DNA from: Intoshia linei
Taxonomy: Eukaryota; Animalia; Orthonectida
DNA length: 47,398 nucleotides
Direction: 5' to 3'
Assembly (NCBI GenBank): GCA_001642005.1
Contig: LWCA01000148.1
Coordinates: forward strand, 1-47,398
A model generated the notes under the pieces. The model was not told the DNA's origin and ran no database searches. It saw only the letters and a program-made list of their open reading frames with translations. A program made the translations under genes and the position numbers. Below are positions 46,809-47,398 of this stretch, piece after piece. Numbering within the stretch: the stretch's first letter is position 1; each line of letters opens with the position of its first letter.

Positions 46809-47398
46809 TAGAAGGAGTCTATATGGATAATAACTTTCTAAATGGAGACTGCTATTCCAATTAATGTGAACATATGAATGGAATGGGTCATACCATCTTT
46901 TTAGATTTCACTTCAAAGTTTTGTTTTCCTCTAAAAGACTCAGTACTATATAATATAGGTTCGAGAATGGAGAATGTAAACAATTATCATCATCAACGTA
47001 GGGCGTTATATGAGGATATAAAATTCATAGAAGTACAAAGAAAAGGAATTGGATCGATGGGTAGCTCTTCCAATAAATCTCATTTGTATAAGATTCCTTA
47101 AATTAAATAAAACAAAGGAAAAACTAGGCCAACAAAATATTTATTTCGAAGGGAAAAATGGAAGCTATTGTAGAAATGACTATATATATTAGGGGTGTAA
47201 GTCAAAATTTTATATCAAAAGTACACCCACTCATCTTATGAGCAATTTTAGTGTCTTCAATTTGTACCTAATGTTGATTTACAATTCTTTAAAAAAACGT
47301 TGGGGTTATGCCCTTAAAGTTTTGAATATATTATCGTTCATCGCAACTAATATTTATTAATTTTTTTAAAATTTTATTGGTTTAACTATTTTTTGTAA

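Overview
This is AT-rich, gene-dense animal nuclear DNA, not a prokaryotic region. Most introns are GT-AG and about 35-45 nt long, and the long introns are filled with DNA-transposon debris. The profile resembles a reduced lophotrochozoan genome such as the orthonectid Intoshia linei, but that is an inference. Genes were assembled by hand from splice signals: an RBFOX-like splicing factor (+), PP1 catalytic subunit (-), PPIL2/Cyp60 (+), a SUEL-lectin type I membrane protein (-), PUS3/DEG1 (-), a RERG/RASL-like GTPase (+), ZFR (-), METAP1 (+) and a PA-TM-RING E3 ligase (-, 5' end unresolved). There are also two ~128-aa orphans: one securin/APC-C-regulator-like with an ABBA motif, one tail-anchored and MFF-like. 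Mobile DNA includes an uninterrupted piggyBac transposase 5' part, mariner and IR-DR Tc1 remnants, a DD~82E (Sailor-type) remnant, hAT, pogo and piggyBac MITEs (some nested), and Helitron-like repeats. The most notable points are the two orphan proteins, convergent stop codons only 5 bp apart (RERG-like/ZFR), a chain of stop-containing exon-like blocks inside a ZFR intron, and the Sailor-type element. No rRNA, tRNA or CRISPR array was recognised.
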